Shown: positions 9,370 through 21,426 of the stretch, piece by piece
How positions within the stretch are numbered: the first letter of the stretch is position 1
Layout of the letters: each line of letters starts with the position of its first letter
Assembly (NCBI GenBank): GCA_965224245.1
Contig: OZ245046.1
Span: forward strand, 2,368,001-2,432,000
From: Candidatus Eiseniibacteriota bacterium
Lineage (GTDB): Bacteria > Eisenbacteria > RBG-16-71-46 > CAZAMP01
Reading direction: 5' to 3'
Length of the DNA: 64,000 bases
Made by a program: the position numbers and the translations under genes
The notes under the pieces: generated by a model
Told to the model about the DNA's origin: nothing
The model's input: the letters and a program-made list of their open reading frames with translations, nothing else
The model's database searches: none

Positions 9370-10338
9370 TCAGCGGGATCGATCCCGCATCGCAAACGGT
9401 GCTCCGGCGACTCCGAACGTGCCGAGCGCGCCGCGAACCTGCCCGCCGGCCGCCGCGAGCGCCTCGTCGGCGTGCTCGGCGGTGACGCCCGCCAGCACCA
9501 TCACGATCGCTCGCTTGACGTGTCCGGACGCGGCCTCGAGCGCCGCCTCCGCGTCGTCGTAGCCGAGGCCGGTCGCCAGCATCAGGACGCGCTTCGATCG
9601 CTCGGTGAGCTTTCGGCTCGTCGCGCGCAGGTCGACCATCATGTTGCCGTAGACCTTGCCCAGTCGGACCATCGACGCCGTCGTGAGCATGTTGAGAACC
9701 ATCTTCTGCGCCGTGCCCGACTTCATGCGGGTGGACCCCATGATCGGCTCCGGACCCACGTCGGGTGCGATCAGGACGTCCACGGTGAGCTCGACGCGCT
9801 CGGGCGGATTCGTGGTCAGGAACAGCGTCTTCGCCCCGCACTCGCGGGCCCGCCGGACGGCGGCGACCGTGTAGGGCGTACGCCAGGAGGCCGCGATGCC
9901 GGCCACGACGTCGTCGGGCCCGACCGCGAGCGCGTCCATGGCCGCGCGTCCCGCGGCCGGATCGTCCTCGGCTCCCTCGACCGCGCGCACGAGGGCGCGC
10001 TCGCCCCCCGCGATGACGCCCACGATGCGATCGGGATCGGTGCCGAAGGTCGGGGGACACTCGGCGGCGTCGAGGACGCCGAGGCGGCCGCTGGTGCCGG
10101 CACCGACGTACACCAGGCGCCCCTCGCGTCGCAGCGCGGCCACCACCAGATCCACCGCGCGCGCGATCTCTGGCAGACACGCGGCGACCGCGTCGGCCAC
10201 GGACCGATCCTCGGCGTTGATCAGCGACACGACGTCCAGCGCGGACAGCGTGTCGAGATCGACCGAACGCGGGTTGATCGCCTCGGTGGTGAGCCCGGTC
10301 AGCCGGTCGAACAGCTGTCGGCCGCTCTCGTCGTGCAC
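9370..10338 (-). CDS. murQ: N-acetylmuramic acid 6-phosphate etherase
   Basis: Motifs TEAINPRS, GAGTSGRLGVLDAAECPPTFG, GSTRMKSGTAQKMVLNMLTT and GKVYGNMMVD; GGAGGAG RBS. Confidence 0.97.
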   Translation of the reverse strand: MHDESGRQLFDRLTGLTTEAINPRSVDLDTLSALDVVSLINAEDRSVADAVAACLPEIARAVDLVVAALRREGRLVYVGAGTSGRLGVLDAAECPPTFGTDPDRIVGVIAGGERALVRAVEGAEDDPAAGRAAMDALAVGPDDVVAGIAASWRTPYTVAAVRRARECGAKTLFLTTNPPERVELTVDVLIAPDVGPEPIMGSTRMKSGTAQKMVLNMLTTASMVRLGKVYGNMMVDLRATSRKLTERSKRVLMLATGLGYDDAEAALEAASGHVKRAIVMVLAGVTAEHADEALAAAGGQVRGALGTFGVAGAPFAMRDRSR

Positions 10339-10449
10339 GTCGGTCTCCTCCGCGCCGCGTGATGCCCCGGTCCCGTGATGCCGCCGTTCTCACGATGGAC
10401 GCACGCCATCGGCGCCGTCAACGCCGAAGTTCGGACCGGCACGGACACG

Positions 10450-10483
10450 AGAACGCCCCGCCGCGGCGAACCACGACGGGGCG
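10450..10483 (-). terminator. Hairpin with a UUCG loop downstream of the sigma54 activator gene; probable terminator
   Basis: Minus strand reads CGCCCCGTCGTGG-TTCG-CCGCGGCGGGGCG-TTCT. Confidence 0.5.
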
Positions 10484-10530
10484 AGCGGATCGAGCGGCCG
10501 CCCGGGGACGGCACCCGTCACCTCAACGCG

Positions 10531-11943
10531 CTAGCCGGCCTTTCGCATCGCGCGAGCGTCGTCGCGCTCGGACTCGAGACCGTGCTTGGCGATCTTGTAG
10601 CGGAGCGCCCCCCGGCCGATCTCCAGGAAGCGCGCGGCCTCCATGACGTTGCCGCGGCAGCGTTCGAGCGCGCTCTCGATCACGCGCTTCTCGATGTTGT
10701 CCAGGTTGGCGCCACCGTCGGGCAGGCGCACGCTGAACTGATCCTCGGAGAAATCGACCAGGTACAGCGGTCGGCGTGCGGACTCGATCGGGAAGTCGTC
10801 CGGACGCAGCTCGCCCCCAGACTTGCTCATGACGGCCCGCTCGACGGCGTCGTACAGCTCGCGGACGTTGCCCGGCCAGTTGTACTCGAGCAAGAGCCGC
10901 TCCGAGTCGGCGTTGAGCGTCATCGCGCTCTTGCCCAGGCGCCGCGTGGAGACGTCCACGAACTTGCGCGCGAGGTCGACGATGTCGGCCCCTCTCTCGC
11001 GAAGCGGCGGCAGGTGCACCTGCACCGATCCGAGACGGTTGTACAGGTCGGTGCGGAAGCAGCGCGTGGCCACCTCGCGCGACAGATCTCGGTGCGACGA
11101 GGCGATCACGCGCACGTTCACCGAGACCTCGGCGTCGCTCATGACCCGGCGGATCGTACCCGAGTCCATGAAGCGCAGGAGCTTCGCCTGGAGCGGAAGC
11201 TCGAGCTCCCCGATGCCCTCGATGTACAGCGTGCCGCCGCTGGACAGCTCGATGAGGCCGATCTTGCGACCGGTGGCGTCGGTGAACGCGCCCGCCTCGT
11301 GACCGAACAGCTCGCTCTCCATCAGCTCGTCCGCGATGGCGGCGCAGTCCACGTGGATGAACGGCGCGCCCCGGCGCGGCGACTGATCGTGGATCGCGCG
11401 CGCGACCAGGCTCTTGCCCGTCCCGGACTCACCCAGGATCAGCACCGGCGTGCTCGGGCTCTTGGCGGCCTGGTCGGCCACCTTCACCGCGGAGCGGAAC
11501 GCCGGGCTGGACCCGATCATCTTCGAGAAGCACTGCTCGGGTCCGTCGGTCGCCGCGGCGGCGCGCACCGGCGCCTCCTGGTTCGTCGCACGGTCCGAGA
11601 AGTGGATCAGGCGGCGCAGCACGTCGAGGTTGATCGGCCGATGCAACAGGTTGCGCACGCCCAGCTGCGGAGGGATCTCCCGCTGTCGCATGGCTTCCTG
11701 ATCGGTGATGATGATCACCTGACATCGAGGACGGTCGTCCTTCACGCGCTGGATCAGCTCGAGCGCGCGGGCCTCGCCGCGGTACTCGAGGATCATCAGG
11801 TCCGGCGCGGCGTCGGCGAGCGCGCGAAAGGCGCTCTCGGGCACCGCACGGACGTCGGTTTCGTGGCCGAATTCGGTCAGCAGCTCCAAGACCCGGTCGC
11901 GGGTCTCGGGATCCTGGAGAACGGCAAGCACTTTCAGGGCCAA
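10531..11943 (-). CDS. NtrC-like sigma54 activator with a pseudo-receiver and a degenerate AAA+ domain
   Basis: Receiver-like N-terminus; motifs GESGTGK, ESELFGH, GAFTDA and WPGNVREL; Fis-type HTH. Start placed at TTG 11943 after AAGGAGG. Confidence 0.88.
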   Translation of the reverse strand: MALKVLAVLQDPETRDRVLELLTEFGHETDVRAVPESAFRALADAAPDLMILEYRGEARALELIQRVKDDRPRCQVIIITDQEAMRQREIPPQLGVRNLLHRPINLDVLRRLIHFSDRATNQEAPVRAAAATDGPEQCFSKMIGSSPAFRSAVKVADQAAKSPSTPVLILGESGTGKSLVARAIHDQSPRRGAPFIHVDCAAIADELMESELFGHEAGAFTDATGRKIGLIELSSGGTLYIEGIGELELPLQAKLLRFMDSGTIRRVMSDAEVSVNVRVIASSHRDLSREVATRCFRTDLYNRLGSVQVHLPPLRERGADIVDLARKFVDVSTRRLGKSAMTLNADSERLLLEYNWPGNVRELYDAVERAVMSKSGGELRPDDFPIESARRPLYLVDFSEDQFSVRLPDGGANLDNIEKRVIESALERCRGNVMEAARFLEIGRGALRYKIAKHGLESERDDARAMRKAG

Positions 11944-12200
11944 AAGAGGTCCCCCTCCTTTCGAGACGCGGAGGACAGCGTGCAAGAGGACCGTGAGGCC
12001 GAGCCTCGGATGCTCTCAACGCTAGTATTTCTCGACGAGAAGGGCAGAAACTGTACCGCGAGACGCAATCGAGGGCCCGTCTGACCGAAAACCAAGGGCT
12101 TGCCGCCGCGGATGGCGCGTTTCAACCATCTCCCCTGCCGTCAGTTTCGGCAGCCGACGGTGCGTTCGGGAGCGAAACGTCGGTCGTGGGGGTGGGAGGG

Positions 12201-12242
12201 CCGGAAACGAAGACGCGCGCCACCGCTGAGCGGTGGCGCGCG
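12201..12242 (-). terminator. Intrinsic terminator of the dnaK-dnaJ-htrA operon
   Basis: Perfect 13-bp stem CGCGCGCCACCGC/GCGGTGGCGCGCG followed on the minus strand by TCTTCGTTT. Confidence 0.65.
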
Positions 12243-12354
12243 GACCGCGGGCAGGAGTGCCTGGAAGCCTCCGGTGCGGTCTCAGCGGACGGTGGATGGC
12301 TCCGCGAGCGGAGCCTCTCCGGCATCGGCCGGCCGGCGCGGCGCCGGATCCGGG

Positions 12355-13812
12355 CTAGGGCTTCTTGAGCGCCACGAACCGCGTGCGGCCGTCGCGTTCG
12401 ACCAGCAGCAGCACGGTGTCGCCGGAGTCCAGCGAGTCGACGCGCTCGCGATACTCGCTCGCCGACGAGATGGGCTCCCGCCCCATCTGCCGGATGATGT
12501 CGCCGGGCTGGAGCTGCTTGTCCTCGGCGACACTGCCGCGCTCGACCGACTCGATCACGAGCCCACCGTCGCCGAGGGTCGTGTCGAGCTCGCGCGCCAC
12601 GTCGTCGGTGAGCTCCATGACGCTCGCGCCGAACGGGTCGGACCACGCGCCGCGATCGGTGCTCGGGAAATCCTGCTGGGCCAGCTCGCTTCGCTCCATC
12701 AGGGTGACCCAGAACGTGCGCTCGGCCCCGTCGCGCGACACCACGACCTCGACCTCGGTCCCCGGGCGCGTCAGTGCCACCCGGTTGCGCAGGTGGTTCG
12801 TGTCACGGATCGTCTCGCCGTCGAACTTGACGATGACGTCGCCCGACGTGAGACCGGCGGCGCGCGCCGCCCCGTCGTTCGAGACCTCCCGGATGATCGC
12901 GCCCATCGGCCGGTCGAGCCCGATGGACTCGGCCATGTCCTGATCCAGATCCTGGATCATGACGCCGAGCCAGCCGCGGATGACCCGCCCCTCGCTCATC
13001 AGGTCGTTCATGATCGAGCGCGCCATGTTGGCCGGAATGGCGAAACCGATTCCCTGGTAGCCGCCCGATCGCGTCGCGATCGCGGTGTTGATCCCGACGA
13101 CCTCGCCGTCCAGGTTCACCAGGGGCCCGCCGGAGTTGCCGGGGTTGATCGCGCAATCGGTCTGGATGAAGTCCTCGTACTCGGTCACGACGCGTGTGGA
13201 GCGCCCCTTCGCGCTGACGATGCCCGCGGTCACGCTGTGCTCGAGGTGGAACGGACTGCCCACCGCGATGACCCACTCGCCCACGCGGAGCCGGTCGGAG
13301 TCGCCGATGATGGCCGACGGCAGATCCTCGTCCGGCTCGATCTTGATGACGGCCAGATCGCTCGCGGCGTCCGCACCGACCAGCGTGGCCTCGTACACCC
13401 GACCGCTCGAGAGGCGGACCTTCAGCTCGTCGGCCTCGCCCGCGACGTGATTGTTGGTCAGGATGAACCCGTCGGAGCTGACGATCACCCCCGAGCCGAG
13501 TCCGCGCTGCCGGTACGCCTCGTCGGAGCGGTTGCGGAACCGATCGCCGAAGAACTCCTGCAGCCCGGGAAGGTTGTGGAACCCGCTGATGTCGCGCTCG
13601 ACGTCGGTCTCGGTCGTGATGGACACCACGAACGGCTTGACCGTCTCGGAGACGTTCGCGAACGCGTCCGACATCAGATTCAGCACGCGGGCGGCATCCT
13701 CGGGGACCCCGGTGGGAGCCTCCGGACCCGCGGTCGCGACGCCGGCGTTTCCGAAGAGCAACGCGCTCGAGACGGCCGCCGCCACCGCGCGGGTGATCAG
13801 TCGGGAGCTCAT
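12355..13812 (-). CDS. htrA: Periplasmic serine protease, Do/DegP/DegQ family, with two PDZ domains
   Basis: Signal peptide; motifs GLGSGVI, TNNHV, DLAV and IQTDCAINPGNSGGPL; two PDZ domains. Confidence 0.95.
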   Translation of the reverse strand: MSSRLITRAVAAAVSSALLFGNAGVATAGPEAPTGVPEDAARVLNLMSDAFANVSETVKPFVVSITTETDVERDISGFHNLPGLQEFFGDRFRNRSDEAYRQRGLGSGVIVSSDGFILTNNHVAGEADELKVRLSSGRVYEATLVGADAASDLAVIKIEPDEDLPSAIIGDSDRLRVGEWVIAVGSPFHLEHSVTAGIVSAKGRSTRVVTEYEDFIQTDCAINPGNSGGPLVNLDGEVVGINTAIATRSGGYQGIGFAIPANMARSIMNDLMSEGRVIRGWLGVMIQDLDQDMAESIGLDRPMGAIIREVSNDGAARAAGLTSGDVIVKFDGETIRDTNHLRNRVALTRPGTEVEVVVSRDGAERTFWVTLMERSELAQQDFPSTDRGAWSDPFGASVMELTDDVARELDTTLGDGGLVIESVERGSVAEDKQLQPGDIIRQMGREPISSASEYRERVDSLDSGDTVLLLVERDGRTRFVALKKP

Positions 13813-14807
13813 TCATGTCCTCCTGGTTTCCGCGCGCGCGCGCGGCGTCGAGTGCGGGCTTCGACCCGGATCTCGACGATTTGATCTCCTCGCTTGCCGC
13901 CGAACTCGATGCCCTCGCCCTCCAGACGGATCACCGATCCGTCGGAGGTACCCGGCGGAACGACGAGCCGCTCCTTGCGGCCGCGGAGGGTCCGGACCTG
14001 GATCGTCGACCCGTTTCGAGCCGCATCGCGACTGACCGGGACCCGGCAGTGCACGTCGTGCCCGTGCCGCGTGAAGAACGGGTGCTGGGAAACCTTGGCT
14101 CGGATGAACTGCGGTCTGGATCCGGCAGCGTCTGGCTCTCGAAACCCGGGAAACGGAAGCAAAGTTCCGTCGTCGGTGCCCGATGGAATCTCGAGGTTGA
14201 CGGTGCCGAACGCCGCATGCCAGCCCTCACCGCCGCATCGCTCGCACGGCGCGGCGGTACACCATCCGCGCCCCCCGCACTCCTCGCATGGCTCCTCGCG
14301 CAGGACGCCCCTGCAGACCGGACACGCGTACGCCACCCCGGCGCTGCCGCCGGTTCCCCCGCAGCCGCCGCACGCGATGCGCACCGGCATGCGCAGCCGC
14401 GCACGCCCTCCGAGTGCCGCGATCTCGAACGGCAGCAGAATCTCGACGACCTCCGGATGATCGGATCCGGACGACAGGAACCGCCGGAGCAGCGTCTCGA
14501 CGACGCTCGGCGTGTCGGGCGGCGCATCGTCCTCGGCCGGCCAGTAGTCGTCCTCGTCGAACTCGCTCCACCACGCGGCCTCGCTCCTCAGAGCGTCATA
14601 CGACTCGCGCTGCTCCGCGTTGCTGAGAACGTGATACGCCTCGGTGGCCTCCTGCCGGAGTCGCACCAGCTCGGCGCTGTCGCCGAGAAACTCGAGCTCG
14701 TCCTCGAGCTGAGAGAGGATCTCCCGGTAGGCGCGTTCGATGGTCAGGGAGTCCGCATCCGGGTCGACGCCGAGCACTCGGTAGTAGTCCTTGGCCAGGC
14801 TGGCCAT
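13809..14807 (-). CDS. DnaJ-like co-chaperone (J-like domain without HPD, zinc finger, C-terminal domain)
   Basis: KDYYRVLGV...AYRE...EAYHVLSNAEQRESYD; four CxxC(xGxG) repeats; HPFFTRHGHD and GDQIVEI; downstream of dnaK. Confidence 0.85.
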   Translation of the reverse strand: MASLAKDYYRVLGVDPDADSLTIERAYREILSQLEDELEFLGDSAELVRLRQEATEAYHVLSNAEQRESYDALRSEAAWWSEFDEDDYWPAEDDAPPDTPSVVETLLRRFLSSGSDHPEVVEILLPFEIAALGGRARLRMPVRIACGGCGGTGGSAGVAYACPVCRGVLREEPCEECGGRGWCTAAPCERCGGEGWHAAFGTVNLEIPSGTDDGTLLPFPGFREPDAAGSRPQFIRAKVSQHPFFTRHGHDVHCRVPVSRDAARNGSTIQVRTLRGRKERLVVPPGTSDGSVIRLEGEGIEFGGKRGDQIVEIRVEARTRRRARARKPGGHE

Positions 14808-14932
14808 TCAATCTCCTTCCCGCCCGGATCGGCGAGATCGATGCTCGTACACGCGCGGCGGCGGGGCCGGCACGGGGAACGCGACTCATGGCGCGTTCCC
14901 CGTCGATTGTCGACACCTGCGCCGCGGGCGGG

Positions 14933-16864
<1,932 letters not shown>

Positions 16865-16919
16865 GATCGATTCCTTTCGAGCGGGAGCCGCGCGGGCCTC
16901 CGTTGGTTCGTATCAATCG

Positions 16920-17435
16920 TCAGCCTCGAGGGGAGTCCGTCGGCGGCACGGCATTCCACATCGACGTGGATCGACGAAGTCGCCGGTCCTCCAGGAATGC
17001 ACGCGTGCGCGCGTCCAGACGCGCACCGTCGACGCGATCCGAGAGACGATCCACCACCTGCACCGCCGCGGCGACCGGTACTTCGCTCAGCCGCTCGACG
17101 TGCAGCGCGATCCCCAGGGCCCGGGCCTCCCGGGCATCGGCGTCGGCCTCGCGTCCGGACCCACGCAGGATCTCCGCCTCGCCCACGAGCATCTTTGCGT
17201 ACAGCGCCGCGATCTCCGGGTCCTGGATCAACGTCGTGGCCGACTCGGGATCCAGCGTCGTGATGACGTCTGCATGGGGGCCGAGTAGGCCGCGCGTGGC
17301 CTCTTCGTGCAGCTCCTGCGCCTCGGACAGATTGCCCGACGCGGCCACCGCGAAGAGGGCGAGGAGTGCGACGCCGACCTCGCGCGTGAGCCGGACGATG
17401 TAGTCCTCGTGACGGGGGATGTCTTCTGGCTTCAC
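16920..17435 (-). CDS. Hypothetical alpha-helical protein, first gene of the dnaK operon
   Basis: GTG start after an AGGAG RBS; EDYIVRL...LLAL helical pattern; lies between the sigma54 promoter and dnaK. Confidence 0.65.
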   Translation of the reverse strand: MKPEDIPRHEDYIVRLTREVGVALLALFAVAASGNLSEAQELHEEATRGLLGPHADVITTLDPESATTLIQDPEIAALYAKMLVGEAEILRGSGREADADAREARALGIALHVERLSEVPVAAAVQVVDRLSDRVDGARLDARTRAFLEDRRLRRSTSMWNAVPPTDSPRG

Positions 17436-17541
17436 TCGAGTCTCCTATCTGCGATCGAGGGCGCCCGGGCCCGCGCTGGGACCCGACCCTCGTGTGCGAT
17501 CGGCCTTCGGTCCCGGACGGACCGAATCAGCCGAACGTAAC

Positions 17542-17557
17542 GCAAGCGCAGTGCCAA
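17542..17557 (-). promoter_or_regulatory. Sigma54 -24/-12 promoter of the dnaK operon
   Basis: Minus strand TTGGCAC-TGCGC-TTGC matches the consensus TGGCAC-N5-TTGC. An AT-rich IHF-like tract lies at about 17582-17610. Confidence 0.8.
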
Positions 17558-17649
17558 GGTTGCCTCGACCCTGCGAATCGGCTAAATCATTATGGATCAA
17601 TCATCTGGATAGTGACTGGCGGCCCGGGTCACGACACCTCGCGCCAGAT

Positions 17650-17666
17650 CGTCTCATCTTGAGACG
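17650..17666. promoter_or_regulatory. Candidate upstream activator sequence (7-3-7 palindrome)
   Basis: CGTCTCA-TCT-TGAGACG, about 95-110 bp upstream of the -24 element. Confidence 0.55.
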
Positions 17667-17734
17667 GTCAGGTCCGCTTCAGAACGAAACAGTGTTTGCC
17701 GGAAGGAACCGACCCCGGCTCGCCTCGGCTGACC

Positions 17735-18796
<1,062 letters not shown>

Positions 18797-18900
18797 GGAG
18801 GGTTTCCTTGCACGCGATGGTCCGGCGGGGCCGTTCTGACGCGGGGAAACTATACTGAGGCCCACGACCGGCGGCAACCGCCGGCGCTCGCCCAATTCGC

Positions 18901-19581
18901 CTACTCGGTCGCCTCCGTGCTCTCCGGCGCGGGACGCGGTGCGGCCAAGAGCGGCGTGATGGCGGTCACGAGCGCATTCTTCGGCTGATAGCCCTGGATC
19001 ATCTTGACGACGTAGCCGTCGCGATCGATCAGGAACGCGGTCGGGATGGATCGGATGCCGCCATACGCCTCCTGCACCGCGCCGGTGCCCATCACGACCG
19101 GGTAGTTGATGCCCGCCTTCTCCACGAACCTGGACACGACGTCTCGCCCCGCCCGATCGAGCGACACGCCGAGCACCGTGAAGCCGTCGTCGGCGTACTC
19201 GTTCTGAAGCTCGATGAGGTGCGGGATCGACATCCGACACGGTCCGCACCACGTGGCCCAGAAGTCGAGCAGAACGACGTCGCCGCGGTAGTCGCTCAGA
19301 CGAACCGTACGTCCCTCCAGCTCGGCGAGCGTGAAGTTGGGAGCCGGATTGCCGCGCGGCTTGGCACTCGGCACGGGCGTGCGGACGGTCCGGGGCGTGC
19401 GATCCGCCGAGGCGTCGGAGACGACCGCGTCGCCGCCGGCGTCCGACGTCGTGGGCACGACGCTCGGGGTCGCGTCCGCGGAGATGGCGGCGTCCGCCTG
19501 GCCCGATCCGTCGCATCCCAGCGAGACGCTGATCACGACGAGCGCCATCGCGCGAATCCAGTGGAGATGTGTGGCCTTCAT
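18901..19581 (-). CDS. TlpA/ResA-type thiol:disulfide oxidoreductase, probable lipoprotein
   Basis: Motifs APNFTL, LLDFWATWCGPC and IPTAFLIDRDG; lipobox-like SLGC. Confidence 0.9.
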   Translation of the reverse strand: MKATHLHWIRAMALVVISVSLGCDGSGQADAAISADATPSVVPTTSDAGGDAVVSDASADRTPRTVRTPVPSAKPRGNPAPNFTLAELEGRTVRLSDYRGDVVLLDFWATWCGPCRMSIPHLIELQNEYADDGFTVLGVSLDRAGRDVVSRFVEKAGINYPVVMGTGAVQEAYGGIRSIPTAFLIDRDGYVVKMIQGYQPKNALVTAITPLLAAPRPAPESTEATE

Positions 19582-19868
19582 GCTCGCGGTCTTCCTTCCC
19601 ATCGGTGTGGACGGACGGCGTCGTCTCGACATCGGCGGGAGCATACCGCATGGCTTCGGGCGTACCCAACGCGACCGCTCCCCTCTCGGATTCTCGGTTT
19701 GGATGCCCGAGGCGCTCATCGGGTTCCCGTCCCGTACGGGACACCGCCGGTGCCGCGGCTGATCCTCGAGGGACAGCCCATCGCGCCGGTGGACGTCAGG
19801 CCGGGCATCCCCCGCCATAAACGACACGAATACAACGACCTACAATTCCGTACACACCTGGCCGTCGT

Positions 19869-19884
19869 TGGCATGCGCGTTGCA
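19869..19884 (+). promoter_or_regulatory. Sigma54 -24/-12 promoter
   Basis: TGGCAT-GCGCG-TTGCA about 110 bp upstream of ATG 19992, with an A-rich tract upstream. Confidence 0.75.
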
Positions 19885-19991
19885 AATCCCAGGGGCATGG
19901 TCGGCGGCGGGTCGAACTCGACCGGCCCCGCCGGACCGACGACCGTCTCCGACACGACGACGTGCACCCGGATGGTGGAGGGATACTCACG

Positions 19992-21128
19992 ATGAAATCC
20001 ACGAAGCGCGCCACACTGGCATCCACGCTGGGACTCGGCGCCCTGATTGGCGCCACGATGGTGGGGTGCGACTCCTCGACGAACGCGCCCGGTACGAACG
20101 ACGACTCGCTGACGCAGGTCGAGGACCTGAACGATCCATACGGCGGCTACAACCGCTCGGCCGAGCCTGCGGGCTTCGGCGATCCCTTCCTGTTGAGCGA
20201 CCAGGGCGAGGTCACGTACGTCGACCCGATGGCCGACGAGCCCGGCATCCTCGACTTGATGGGCGGCGCCGAGAACGATCTGTACGCGGTCCGTCTGACC
20301 TGGGGGTTCCTCGCCCGCGACGAGGCCTTCGGCGGCGGCGACCCGGTCGACTGGTCGGGCGGCGCGACCGTCGGCGAGGGCGCGGTGCTCGCCGTCCGGA
20401 CGATCCACTTCGAACAGGCACAGAACGACCACATCGTCCGGCCGCGCGAGGATCGCAAGGTGCTCGAGTGGGTGTCCACGACGAGCGGCGGGCTGGACGG
20501 CGTCCAGCTGCTCGTGCTGGATCCGCCCACCGTCGCCGACGGGGGTCGCGCCGAGGGCAACACACTCAGCATCGAAATGCCGCTCGTCTCCGAGTCCTTC
20601 GAGGTGGCTCTGATGGACGGTCTGGACATGACCCTCGCCGTCGACGGCGACGGACACCAGTTCCGCATCCAGGCCCGCAAGGTCGAGCTCCTCGCCGAGT
20701 GTCGCCGCGGCTGGATGAGCGGACGCTGGCACAGTCGCGCCAACACCGACGATCTCGGGGACGATCTCGCCGAGGGCCGTCGCGGTGAGTTCCGCGGTCA
20801 CTGGGTCAACGCCCGGGGCGAGATCGGCGGGTCCATGAAGGGGTTCTATGGCGTGAACGCGCGGGGACACCGCGTGTTGTTCGGGAAGCTCATCGATTCG
20901 AACGGGAACTTCCGGGGTCTCGTGCGCGGGACGTGGAACACCGCGGAGTCGCTGGGAGTGGGCAGCTTCAGGGCACACTGGCTCGATGCCGATCACAACG
21001 TCGTTGGAGGCATGCGAGGCGTCTGGGAACGTCGCGATCGCAACGGAGCCGGCCTGTTCCATGGAGCGTGGGCCACGAACTGCGACTCGAGTGAGGACGA
21101 GGTGGAGATCGACGAGTCGATCTTCTAG
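19992..21128 (+). CDS. Putative lipoprotein of unknown function with Gly/aromatic beta-hairpin repeats
   Basis: GGAGG RBS; lipoprotein signal MKSTKR...ATMVGC; C-terminal GxFxGxW-type repeats. Confidence 0.8.
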   Translation: MKSTKRATLASTLGLGALIGATMVGCDSSTNAPGTNDDSLTQVEDLNDPYGGYNRSAEPAGFGDPFLLSDQGEVTYVDPMADEPGILDLMGGAENDLYAVRLTWGFLARDEAFGGGDPVDWSGGATVGEGAVLAVRTIHFEQAQNDHIVRPREDRKVLEWVSTTSGGLDGVQLLVLDPPTVADGGRAEGNTLSIEMPLVSESFEVALMDGLDMTLAVDGDGHQFRIQARKVELLAECRRGWMSGRWHSRANTDDLGDDLAEGRRGEFRGHWVNARGEIGGSMKGFYGVNARGHRVLFGKLIDSNGNFRGLVRGTWNTAESLGVGSFRAHWLDADHNVVGGMRGVWERRDRNGAGLFHGAWATNCDSSEDEVEIDESIF

Positions 21129-21152
21129 CTCCGACTCGCCTCACGGCCCCAT

Positions 21153-21187
21153 GGGGACGCCTCCGCGAGAGGCGTCCCCTCTTTTTT
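21153..21187 (+). terminator. Intrinsic terminator
   Basis: GGGGACGCCTC-CGCGA-GAGGCGTCCCC-TCTTTTTT. Confidence 0.9.
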
Positions 21188-21426
21188 CTCCACGCGCGAG
21201 ACTTCGGCGACCCCCCGGGGATGATGCACTTGCATCATCGACGCCTCCATCACTACACACCATACTTCGTCATGATTGAGGCCGTTTCCCATGAATCGGC
21301 CACGTGCCGTTCCGTGATCGCTCTCGGTGAGAACGATCGCTCGGGAGACGATCGGGCGTGGTCCGGCGACCAACATTCGAGTACGGCCGATCCTGGAAGA
21401 CGAATTCAGCAGTAAAGGAGCATCTC

